Shown here in pieces: positions 1 to 7,978 of a stretch of 64,000 nt of DNA. This DNA comes from an uncultured Candidatus Saccharibacteria bacterium (GTDB lineage Bacteria; Patescibacteriota; Saccharimonadia; Saccharimonadales; CAYVSP01), in NCBI GenBank assembly GCA_964453655.1, contig CAYVSP010000001.1:645-64644 (forward strand), written 5' to 3'. The notes beneath the pieces were generated by a model, which saw only the letters and a program-made list of their open reading frames with translations, was not told the origin of the DNA and searched no databases. Each line of letters begins with the position of its first letter. Position 1 is the stretch's first letter. The position numbers and the translations under genes are program-made.

Positions 1-77
1 AACAACACAATTCCACCAACTATAGCCAATACATAATACCGCCGAGCTAACTTGGTTTTACTGCTCATGCTTCTAGT

Positions 78-602
78 TTACAGCCGGGGCACCACAATAT
101 CAGCAATTTTTCGTGGTAAGTCTGGCACACGGCCGTCTATCGCACCGGAACCGGCTGTAATAATTGTCCAATATTGACCTTTTAAAACATTAAGCTGGCC
201 GTTCGATTGGCTCCAATAGGCACTATCGCCATAACCGCTTACGTTAACAGCATCTTCAGGTCGGCCATTACTAAATTCACTTTTCATATCATTTGGTGTA
301 CTAGCTTGCAAAAGTACCGAGGCATTAACTACGTCCGATAAGCTGCCGGGATCGTATCTGTATGTGCAAGTAGTTACGGCCTGCCCAGCCGAAGCGCTAT
401 CTGTCTGGCTTGGTGTCTGCGTTGTTCCACTACCTAATACGCTCTGAGCATCGTCGCTGGTAAAAACGTCACAAGCTTTTTTAAAGCTACTAGCTGCTAT
501 TGCCGGAGCATTTTTGCTTTTTGAGCGCAAACCAAGCCAACCGGCACTAATGCCGACACCCACCAGTATTAATAGCAAACTAATAACCAGACTTTTTCGC
601 AT
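78..602 (-). CDS. Membrane-anchored/secreted protein (DUF3558-like)
   Basis: N-terminal hydrophobic helix, KACDVFT..C motif, small extracellular domain. Confidence 0.55.
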   Translation of the reverse strand: MRKSLVISLLLILVGVGISAGWLGLRSKSKNAPAIAASSFKKACDVFTSDDAQSVLGSGTTQTPSQTDSASAGQAVTTCTYRYDPGSLSDVVNASVLLQASTPNDMKSEFSNGRPEDAVNVSGYGDSAYWSQSNGQLNVLKGQYWTIITAGSGAIDGRVPDLPRKIADIVVPRL

Positions 603-639
603 ATTTACCTCTTGATTTTGAAAGTATTATACGCGACTA

Positions 640-1068
640 TCAGCCTAAGTAGTAAGCAGGCAGATCTTCAGCGGGCCGAGGCCTGTATTGAGACGTCTCA
701 ATTTGGGCGCGGATTCGAGCTGCTTCTGCCAGGTTACCAGCATATTGCTGAACGGCTGCTACCTGTTCAGCTTCAATGAGCGGAAATATATGCCCGTCAA
801 AGATAGCATGTTCATAATGATGCCGATGACCATTTTCTATTGACCATCTGATAACCCCTGCTGGAACAACTATTCTTCTGGCTCTTTCTAATGTCTTGTC
901 TTCTTCTGAAAAAACCAATACCTCTTCATCTCGGCTATCTATATCGTCTATGGTAACCTGGTCTGCTGTGGCACCTAAATCTGTTAGGTGCGTAAACTCG
1001 TCTGCCAAAAGTTCATACACACGTAATTCGCGTAAATAACCCAGGTCTCCTTCAGTGAGATGTCCCAT
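640..1068 (-). CDS. Hypothetical protein
   Basis: 142-aa ORF with ATG start, no recognisable motif. Confidence 0.5.
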   Translation of the reverse strand: MGHLTEGDLGYLRELRVYELLADEFTHLTDLGATADQVTIDDIDSRDEEVLVFSEEDKTLERARRIVVPAGVIRWSIENGHRHHYEHAIFDGHIFPLIEAEQVAAVQQYAGNLAEAARIRAQIETSQYRPRPAEDLPAYYLG

Positions 1069-1187
1069 TACAGTGTTTTACTTTTAAATATGTATCTTTT
1101 ACCTTCTATGTATATTATACCGCTTATGTAAAGGAGTTTATGCACATGGTTTGATTATATTGAAGAAATATTGTATTTTAATGTCCA

Positions 1188-1460
1188 ATGACTGGTCTTG
1201 ATCAGAGTAAGGTTGAAGTGCCGATAATTGCAGGCAATCCGATTGCCGCTGGCGACTATATTCTTCGACATGAAGTTATCGAAGTACCGGAAGCCAATAG
1301 GTTCGACGTAACAATCTCAGTTGCCGATGTGTCAGACCCAGTAGATGTACGTGAGGACAACGATGGTATATTGGCAGTTGCATTTAAGTCATTTGTTACT
1401 AGAACGCTTCCTGCTCGTTATAACTCAGCTCCGCGGAGCGATTACCTGATGTCCCTGTAA
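1188..1460 (+). CDS. Hypothetical protein
   Basis: 90-aa ORF after an AT-rich promoter-like region. Confidence 0.4.
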   Translation: MTGLDQSKVEVPIIAGNPIAAGDYILRHEVIEVPEANRFDVTISVADVSDPVDVREDNDGILAVAFKSFVTRTLPARYNSAPRSDYLMSL

Positions 1461-1477
1461 TACACTTTGATAACGTT

Positions 1478-1768
1478 ATGCGTATTCCTAATCTACTCCA
1501 TTCAGTCGATGGAGTTCCCGCCGCTGTCGATCTATTAGTCAATAATGCTCATTATAGAGAAGCAGGCAATTCTTGGATCGCTACAACCATTGGCTTGCCA
1601 GTTTTACGGCCATTTATGCGAACACTCTTTTTAGCTAGTGGCTCGGGTGAAATTGATGTTCCGTTTATTCCTATCGAACAAACATATCCGCAAAAGCGCG
1701 CCCTAGCCGTCAGCTATCTTATTGGCAAAGTGCTTGGTGAATTCTTGGTTATGCGTCCCCACCAATAA
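1478..1768 (+). CDS. Hypothetical protein
   Basis: 96-aa ORF 17 nt downstream of the previous ORF, followed by a hairpin terminator. Confidence 0.4.
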   Translation: MRIPNLLHSVDGVPAAVDLLVNNAHYREAGNSWIATTIGLPVLRPFMRTLFLASGSGEIDVPFIPIEQTYPQKRALAVSYLIGKVLGEFLVMRPHQ

Positions 1769-1804
1769 ATTTGCTGAGCGGCAAGATGGCTGATACAAAA
1801 GACC

Positions 1805-1889
1805 TAAACAAAAAGAGCCCTTGCGGGCTCCTTTTGTTCGCTACTTCGCTGTTTCCAGCTCGGTTGCTGAATCACCTCACGATGATCTG
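1805..1889 (-). ncRNA. Putative orphan small RNA with three GNRA-capped hairpins
   Basis: Minus strand: TTGACA-17-TATATT promoter, then AUCAUC-GUGA-GGUGAU, GCUG-GAAA-CAGC and GAGCCC-GCAA-GGGCUC-U5; no ORF. Confidence 0.6.
1807..1838. terminator. Bidirectional intrinsic terminator
   Basis: aacaaaaagagccc-ttgc-gggctccttttgtt, with A/T tracts on both sides. Confidence 0.75.
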
Positions 1890-1895
1890 CTATTC

Positions 1896-1924
1896 AATAT
1901 ATGCCCACGGTTCATGCTTGTCAA
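1896..1924 (-). promoter_or_regulatory. sigma70-type promoter
   Basis: TTGACA (1924-1919), 17-nt spacer, TATATT (1901-1896). Confidence 0.7.
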
Positions 1925-2008
1925 TATTTTTCGATGCTTTTCTTTTATAAAACGCCTCGGCTTATTTAGAAACTTTGCCGCATCCCTGAGCTGTGGGAAA
2001 ATTGGGCT

Positions 2009-2683
2009 ATGCGTATGATGCTTCGCTCAAAACGAATAGAGACATTTACAGACCGCTTTCCACTGGTTGGTCCCATTTTCTGGATTGTAAGTCTGCAGTT
2101 TTTTATTGTGCAATTTATCGTAGCCAAGGCTTGGCGTACGCCCTATAACCTAGCCAATAATCCAATCAGTGATTTGGGTAACACGGCCTGTGGCGTATAC
2201 GCTGGTCGTTTAGTCTGCTCGCCGCTTCACGCACTCATGAATACTTCGTTTATCGTCTTAGGCTTTACGATGGTGGTTGGCTCATTGCTTATTTACCATG
2301 AGTTTCTAGTTAAACGCGGCAGCGCCACCGGCTTTGGTTTTATGTCTTTAGCTGGAATCGGCACGATAATAGTGGGTATATTTGCCGAAAATACAATTTC
2401 CAGCCTGCATGCCTTCGGCGCAACTCTACCGTTTGTGTTAGGCAACTTGGCTTTACTAATTTTAGGGTTATCGCTTGATCTGCCGCGTAATTTTAGGATT
2501 TATTCTGTTCTATCAGGAATAGTAGCTCTATCGGCCTTTATTTTGTTTAGCATGAGCGTCTACCTGGGTCTTGGTGAGGGTGGCATGGAGCGAATTGTGG
2601 CCTATCCGCAAACTATTTGGCTGATTGCGTTTGGAATCTACATGTCCCGTAGCCATTACCTAGAAACTAAAGCGAAAGCATAG
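2009..2683 (+). CDS. DUF998-family membrane protein
   Basis: NPISDLG motif, several TM helices, GGMERIVAYP motif. Confidence 0.75.
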   Translation: MRMMLRSKRIETFTDRFPLVGPIFWIVSLQFFIVQFIVAKAWRTPYNLANNPISDLGNTACGVYAGRLVCSPLHALMNTSFIVLGFTMVVGSLLIYHEFLVKRGSATGFGFMSLAGIGTIIVGIFAENTISSLHAFGATLPFVLGNLALLILGLSLDLPRNFRIYSVLSGIVALSAFILFSMSVYLGLGEGGMERIVAYPQTIWLIAFGIYMSRSHYLETKAKA

Positions 2684-2723
2684 GTTATTTAGAAAAGAGT
2701 ACTAAATATTAATGATGATCCGC

Positions 2724-3278
2724 TTACCTTCGTGGCCGAGTTACGCTCCATAGCATTGCCACTAACAGAACCATAAAAAAGGAATAAAAACCAACGATCC
2801 CATAGAGCTCAATCTTATAGCCTTCATTAAAATTAAGCACAAAGTAAGCCAGTGCTGTTGAAGTGTAGGCGGCAACGCATAACATTGCTGTTGATAAAAT
2901 AGCGCTGCGGCTTTTGAGTACAATAGAAACAATTAATGGCACCGTGTAGAGCATCACGGCGCGGGACGCCATACCCCGCTCTGTGTAAACTGCAAATGAA
3001 GCAACGGCCACATCAATTAATATCAAGGCAAAAACCAGTCGTTTGTAGAGGGCATTATCGCCTGCTTTGCCTTTGGCCAGATACCATACACCAGTTGTCA
3101 CGATCAATAGGAGTGCGGCCATAATCCAACGTCGTAATACTACCGCTGGCTCTATCAGTTTCCATGCGTCAAAGGTGATAATCTGAACGACAAAAAGAGC
3201 TGCATAAAAAAAATGTAAACGCGACATTCTAAGCACGTTAAGTCGAAGATCCGGCCGAGTTGGTTGTTTGTTTGCCAT
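2724..3278 (-). CDS. Integral membrane protein
   Basis: ~5 hydrophobic helices. Confidence 0.65.
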   Translation of the reverse strand: MANKQPTRPDLRLNVLRMSRLHFFYAALFVVQIITFDAWKLIEPAVVLRRWIMAALLLIVTTGVWYLAKGKAGDNALYKRLVFALILIDVAVASFAVYTERGMASRAVMLYTVPLIVSIVLKSRSAILSTAMLCVAAYTSTALAYFVLNFNEGYKIELYGIVGFYSFFMVLLVAMLWSVTRPRR

Positions 3279-3345
3279 TTTTTATGTTCTTATCTGGCTT
3301 CATTATAACACTTATGCTTAGGGCCCGCTGTGCTAGACTTTAGCC

Positions 3346-3720
3346 ATGACACGGCGGCAGTTATTGGTGCTACTTACTACTATTATTGGTAGCGGTATAG
3401 TGATCTTAGATGGAACTGTAGTCAATGTAGCTTTGCCGCATATTGCACGCGACCTAGGTGCCAGTTTTTCACAATTGCAGTGGATTGTTGATGGTTATCT
3501 CCTCAGCTTATCATCGCTTATTATTATAGGTGGTTCGCTTGGCGATATTTTAGGTCGAAAGCGCATGTACTTTATTGGCTTATTTGGCTTTGGGGTTACT
3601 TCTCTTCTCTGCGGTTTGGCCTTAATAAATACTAATTTTCCGAGTGATCTGCGTGGTCTCGCGATTGGTATCTCTGGAGTGCTTGGGCCGGCATTACCAC
3701 GGCTATTGGACGCAACTTAG
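3346..3720 (+). pseudogene. Truncated DHA2/EmrB-type MFS efflux transporter
   Basis: LDGTVVNVALP, WIVDGYLL and GDILGRKR motifs; jumps from LLCGLA to LINTNFP..RGLAIG (internal deletion) and stops at 124 aa. Confidence 0.75.
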
Positions 3721-3747
3721 ACTAAAGTGTGAGATTTTAGTTACTAG

Positions 3748-4116
3748 CTAGCCGCCTAATTCAAAAATACGTTTATGGCCAAGGCCGTAGTAATGCGCCA
3801 GCTCGTGCCAGATGGTTTTGCGAATCTGGGCGCGAAGCTGATCGAGCGTAAAAACATGCATCAATAAAGGCCCCTTAAAAAGAGTAATCTTGTCGGGCAG
3901 CATCTTGGTGGTGCCTTGCCTTTGCGGCAAAGGAACGCCTTCGTACAAACCATATAGAGTTTGACCGTCGTGTAGATGCAACTGAGCGCGTTGTTCTGGC
4001 GTTGGTTCATCCTCTAAAACAATAGCCACATTTTCAACCTTAGCTAATTGTTTAGGCAAGCTGTCCATCGCTTCGGCAATTAATTTTTCAAACACATTAT
4101 CAGAAACTTCAAGCAT
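3748..4116 (-). CDS. Minimal zincin-like metallopeptidase
   Basis: LYGLYEGVPL, PDKITLF and HELAHYYG (HEXXH). Confidence 0.85.
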   Translation of the reverse strand: MLEVSDNVFEKLIAEAMDSLPKQLAKVENVAIVLEDEPTPEQRAQLHLHDGQTLYGLYEGVPLPQRQGTTKMLPDKITLFKGPLLMHVFTLDQLRAQIRKTIWHELAHYYGLGHKRIFELGG

Positions 4117-4175
4117 GGTCTGATTGTAGCACTACAGTGCCCGAGGGGTTACAATGGTAGTTATAGGAGGTGTAT

Positions 4176-4652
4176 ATGGTTCAAAAAAAGAGCAGCAACT
4201 TAATGCTTGGCAGTCCGGCTTTTGCCAACAACACAGCTATTCCCCTTAAATACACCTGCCGAGGCGACAACATCAGTCCCCCATTGGTTATTACAAATGT
4301 ACCTGAACGTACTAAAAGCTTAGTGCTGATTTTGCATGATCCTGATGCGGTTGGACAGGATTTTACGCATTGGCTACTCTGGAATGTACCGCCTGACACA
4401 GTACAGATTGCTGAAAACTCTACCCCGTCGAGTGCAGTTGTAGGACCAAACGGCGCAAGTAAAACAGGCTATACCGGCCCTTGCCCTCCCGCCGGCACTG
4501 GCACCCACCGCTACATGTTTGAACTCTACGCAGTTGACACGACCCTAGCCTTGCCAGAAACAACCAAGCGCCCAGTGCTGGAGCAGTCGATTGAAGACCA
4601 TGTTTTATCGCGCTTTCTATTAACTGGTCTTTTTAGTGCTGAGCATCCTTGA
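4176..4652 (+). CDS. YbhB/YbcL (PEBP) family protein
   Basis: DPDA, FTHW, YTGPCPP, HRY motifs; GGAGG upstream of ATG 4176. Confidence 0.9.
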   Translation: MVQKKSSNLMLGSPAFANNTAIPLKYTCRGDNISPPLVITNVPERTKSLVLILHDPDAVGQDFTHWLLWNVPPDTVQIAENSTPSSAVVGPNGASKTGYTGPCPPAGTGTHRYMFELYAVDTTLALPETTKRPVLEQSIEDHVLSRFLLTGLFSAEHP

Positions 4653-5513
4653 AGACCGCCAGCTAGGCAGCATGTTGCGCCAAAAGTAGCTCACACCAAA
4701 ATAGGCGATCAAGGCATACAATCCGCCAATAATGGCATCAATGGCATAATGCTCGCCCTGATAAACCGTACCAATCCAAATTAATACTGGATATATCCAA
4801 GCCAGCCAGCGCCAGTTTGTTTTGAAAAGTTTCGTAATAAATAGTGCGAACAAGAGTGAATAAGCCGCATGCAAACTAGGAACGGCAGCAACTGGATTAG
4901 GCGTAATCTTGTTGTAAACACTGGGGAAGTCATGGATGCCAAAGGCATACCAAACAGAAGTGGAAACCCTGGCCACAGGTTCAATGATACCTTTTTCACT
5001 AGCCATCCACGGTGGGGCCGCTGGAAATATCAAAAAAGTCAAAAAACCCATGAACGAGACAGTTAAATAAGTCGCCACCACTCGCCAATAATCACTGTCT
5101 CTTAGTTTCCAAACCAGGACAGCTAAGGCAAACGGCAGCACAAAATGGAGCGTATAGGCGCCGTAGAACACAAAGTCATACCACATGACATGGCCGTGCC
5201 AGAGAACATTTTGTAGCAGCCTAGTAGGCAAATGTCCAAAAAACAGAAATCTATCGGCGGCGGGAAGGAATGTATAGTTTACGTGCTTATTGAGGTTTGG
5301 CACTAAACCGCGAAACGATTCATAGGCTAGAAGTAGCACCACAAACGGCACGAAGCGCTTTAAAGCTTCTTTAGCTTGTCCAAGTGCCATGAACAACACT
5401 GTCAAAAACACTAGAATTTTATCTGGTGTCGGAAAGCTCGGTTTAAAAGCAAAGACAATAATGCATAGAGCCGTACCAACAATGCCTATTAAGCGTGACA
5501 AGCTCAGTTTCAC
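4620..5513 (-). CDS. PAP2-superfamily membrane protein (Aur1/IPC-synthase-like)
   Basis: PAAPPW, AAVPSLHAA and GEHYAID motifs. Confidence 0.85.
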   Translation of the reverse strand: MKLSLSRLIGIVGTALCIIVFAFKPSFPTPDKILVFLTVLFMALGQAKEALKRFVPFVVLLLAYESFRGLVPNLNKHVNYTFLPAADRFLFFGHLPTRLLQNVLWHGHVMWYDFVFYGAYTLHFVLPFALAVLVWKLRDSDYWRVVATYLTVSFMGFLTFLIFPAAPPWMASEKGIIEPVARVSTSVWYAFGIHDFPSVYNKITPNPVAAVPSLHAAYSLLFALFITKLFKTNWRWLAWIYPVLIWIGTVYQGEHYAIDAIIGGLYALIAYFGVSYFWRNMLPSWRSSRMLSTKKTS

Positions 5514-5528
5514 ATAACCAATTGTAGC

Positions 5529-5696
5529 CTACCAGCTATAGTCTATAAACTCTTTGTAGAACTCATCTATTCGCTGCAGCTGCTCTACATCATTCAACTG
5601 TAAGGGCCGCTTGGCAAACCCTTTTATTGAACGGCGCATATACTTAATAGGCAGCCGTGACCTTTTTCTTTTTATGAATGTAGCATTGTCTTTCAT
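5529..5696 (-). CDS. Small basic hypothetical protein (55 aa, not in ORF track)
   Basis: MKDNATFIKRKRSRLPIKYMRRSIKGFAKRPLQLNDVEQLQRIDEFYKEFIDYSW*, preceded by purine-rich GAGGGAGGG. Confidence 0.5.
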   Translation of the reverse strand: MKDNATFIKRKRSRLPIKYMRRSIKGFAKRPLQLNDVEQLQRIDEFYKEFIDYSW

Positions 5697-5771
5697 CCTG
5701 CTACCCTCCCTCTGTGCTTTATAGTATGAAGGAAATATGCGAACTTACCGTGCTTATGCTCACTTATAGCC

Positions 5772-5819
5772 TGTGATATATATCACTCCGTCGACAAAAC
5801 AGCTCATTCACCGTATAAT
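5772..5819 (+). promoter_or_regulatory. Promoter for tRNA-Gln with upstream palindrome
   Basis: TCGACA (5791-5796)-17-TATAAT (5814-5819); perfect palindrome GTGATATATATCAC at 5773-5786. Confidence 0.6.
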
Positions 5820-5967
5820 CACCCCTGTCTTAGGCCTTTTGCGAGGCTAAACCAAGGAGACGATTTACTCGGCTCGACTGTTTAGCAGATTAGGAGGAGA
5901 AGCTGACCATGAGGTAAAGTAGCAAAATAAATTTTCTACGAACAAAAAGGTCATGCTTCGACGACGA

Positions 5968-6041
5968 TGGGGAGTGGCCAAGCGGTAAGGCACTGGGTTC
6001 TGGTCCCAGGATCGGGGGTTCGAATCCCTCCTCCCCAGCCA
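5968..6041 (+). tRNA. tRNA-Gln(CUG)
   Basis: Cloverleaf TGGGGAG..CTCCCCA-GCCA, anticodon loop TT-CTG-GT, T-loop TTCGAAT. Confidence 0.97.
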
Positions 6042-6093
6042 TGCAGAAGCAGCTAGAAAACCTTTGAAGTTTTTTATTTGCTACAATTTGGTT

Positions 6094-6480
6094 ATGTCCT
6101 CTGAGCAAAATGCGCAAGTCGATGCATTTATAAATGCCCTGCCTAAATGGCAGCAAGAAACATGTACGACAATTCGTCGTCTTATACACAAAGCTGAACC
6201 AGAGATAAAAGAAGTTATCAAGCGTCATGATCGACCTTATTTCGTGCTTGCAGGCAATATTTGCGCATTTCAAGCAACTAAAGATCATATCAACGTTTTC
6301 ATCTACGACCCTATAGCGCCCGATCCGCAGAAAATTATCAACCAAGGTCAAGACAATAAAACAGCCCGCTCAATACAACTCTTTACAGGTGACGAAGTTA
6401 ACCGAAAAGCATTTATGGATTTAGTCCAAGCTGTGGCGAATAATAATCGGGCTGGCGGTTGGCGAAAGCTTAAACATTAG
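6094..6480 (+). CDS. DUF1801 (YdhG-like) protein
   Basis: VDAFINALP.WQ..IRRLIH.A.P.I.E pattern; ATG 6094 preferred. Confidence 0.8.
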   Translation: MSSEQNAQVDAFINALPKWQQETCTTIRRLIHKAEPEIKEVIKRHDRPYFVLAGNICAFQATKDHINVFIYDPIAPDPQKIINQGQDNKTARSIQLFTGDEVNRKAFMDLVQAVANNNRAGGWRKLKH

Positions 6481-6658
6481 CTTGTTTCTAGCACTATCAA
6501 TACTTCTTCAATCAAACTTCTTAAGTTAGTTTTGGATTGATGTAAGTCAAATTAATACTTACTGTCAATCAAATTCACATAAATCAGAGTGTGGTTTTTC
6601 TTGCTGCATGCCGGCGTAAGGTTAGCTATAGTAAGGCCGTTAAGTAAGAGGTTTCAAT

Positions 6659-7162
6659 ATGAGCAACAGTGATATTCTAGGTCTAGTCAGCACAAATCAA
6701 GCCGTGGCTCCGTCGGCCGGCGCCCAAAAACAGCAGACTGCCCAGAAGCTGGTTAAAGCAATTGGCAATTCTCACGATGTTTTGTTTAGGGCTCGCACGG
6801 TGTTTCCCCTCACTTTGTTTCCAGATACCATTTCGATTGATCGTACCAAAATAACCGTTACTCATCGCGATTTTCTAAGAGCAGGTGAGGTGCTCAGCAT
6901 AAGCATTGAGGATATTTTGAACGTTACAGCTACCGTTGGTCCGCTGTTTGGCTCAATCAAACTATCTACCAGATTTTTTGACCCCGATAAGCCATATGAA
7001 ATTGATCATTTTTGGCGGGCAGATGCACTTAAAATTAAGCGGATCGCTCAAGGTTACGTAATTGCCCGACAAAAAAAGATAGACTGTTCCGCGCTATCCA
7101 CGCCCGAACTTGCCAAGATGTTAGATGAACTTGGTAAAGTCAGTGGCCCAGATAAGGTCTAG
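6659..7162 (+). CDS. Conserved hypothetical protein, PH-like domain
   Basis: FPDTISIDRTKIT..ISIEDILNV..GPLFGSI pattern. Confidence 0.6.
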   Translation: MSNSDILGLVSTNQAVAPSAGAQKQQTAQKLVKAIGNSHDVLFRARTVFPLTLFPDTISIDRTKITVTHRDFLRAGEVLSISIEDILNVTATVGPLFGSIKLSTRFFDPDKPYEIDHFWRADALKIKRIAQGYVIARQKKIDCSALSTPELAKMLDELGKVSGPDKV

Positions 7163-7302
7163 CCACTGCTTAATTTACCACCAATGACATTTGATTTTTG
7201 TTTTAATGACGATGACACGAATCCTAATAAAACAGACATCTTAGAAGGTTTCAGTAACTAGCTGCTTCACAAATTAATAAAAGCATGGTTTAATATTCGT
7301 CT

Positions 7303-7941
7303 ATGGCTGTCCCTTTGGCGCAAGTCGGACTAGTTCACGGCTCTGGCTTTGAACTAGCATATAATATACCAGTTATTTCTTACGGTTCTCGTTACAATGC
7401 AGACAGGGCCGCAGAATTACTTTTAGCTGGAAGCATTGACAAGGTAATATGCAGCGGGCGAGGGCCGGTGTATGGCGAAGATTATCCTGTAACCGAAGCC
7501 AAGCTTATGGCGGACTATCTAGTGGCTCAGGACGTTGACCACAACAAAATTGTTGTTGAAGATACTTCTACATCATCTGTGGCAAACTGGGCATATTCAG
7601 TACCAATAATCCAATCACTAGAAGCAACAAGGGTCCTTGGGATAGCGGCAAAACTCTGTGTTCCTCGTATGCAAAAGATTGGCGATTTTGTAGCCTTTAG
7701 AAGCGGATTTGATGTGGTTGGTTATGTCCCTTCGGCAGAGAGTAGTAGACCTAAAGGCTTTATACGTGAACTACTCGTGGGAGAAGTAACTCGACGATTC
7801 CTGGCTGACAACCTGAATACTTCTGTTGATGGGCTTGGGAAAGCCTATGAGGAATACAAAGCACAAATTGGCATTGCAGGATTAAATTTAGCTACTGCAA
7901 AGAGATTTATTCATCGTTATTCAGCGCCTCCCAGCAGATAG
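7303..7941 (+). CDS. YdcF/DUF218 (SanA/ElyC-like) protein
   Basis: ICSGRG, TEAKLMADYL, IVVEDTSTSS..N motifs. Confidence 0.75.
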   Translation: MAVPLAQVGLVHGSGFELAYNIPVISYGSRYNADRAAELLLAGSIDKVICSGRGPVYGEDYPVTEAKLMADYLVAQDVDHNKIVVEDTSTSSVANWAYSVPIIQSLEATRVLGIAAKLCVPRMQKIGDFVAFRSGFDVVGYVPSAESSRPKGFIRELLVGEVTRRFLADNLNTSVDGLGKAYEEYKAQIGIAGLNLATAKRFIHRYSAPPSR

Positions 7942-7978
7942 CTAGGAATCTATCCTGGAGTAGTTACTCAGATGCGCT

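Noticed and set aside
1805-1889. sRNA as SRP RNA or hammerhead ribozyme
   Set aside because: Lacks the SRP CAGG/AGCA symmetric loop and the hammerhead CUGANGA core
1821-2018. 65-aa ORF
   Set aside because: Starts inside the terminator and is antisense to the sRNA and its promoter
4620-4652. 33-bp convergent overlap of two genes
   Set aside because: Ordinary in compact genomes
5890-6351. ORFs overlapping tRNAs (also 38577-38777, 39603-39937, 45241-45444)
   Set aside because: Shadow frames of tRNA genes (GFEP/GLEP-type translations)
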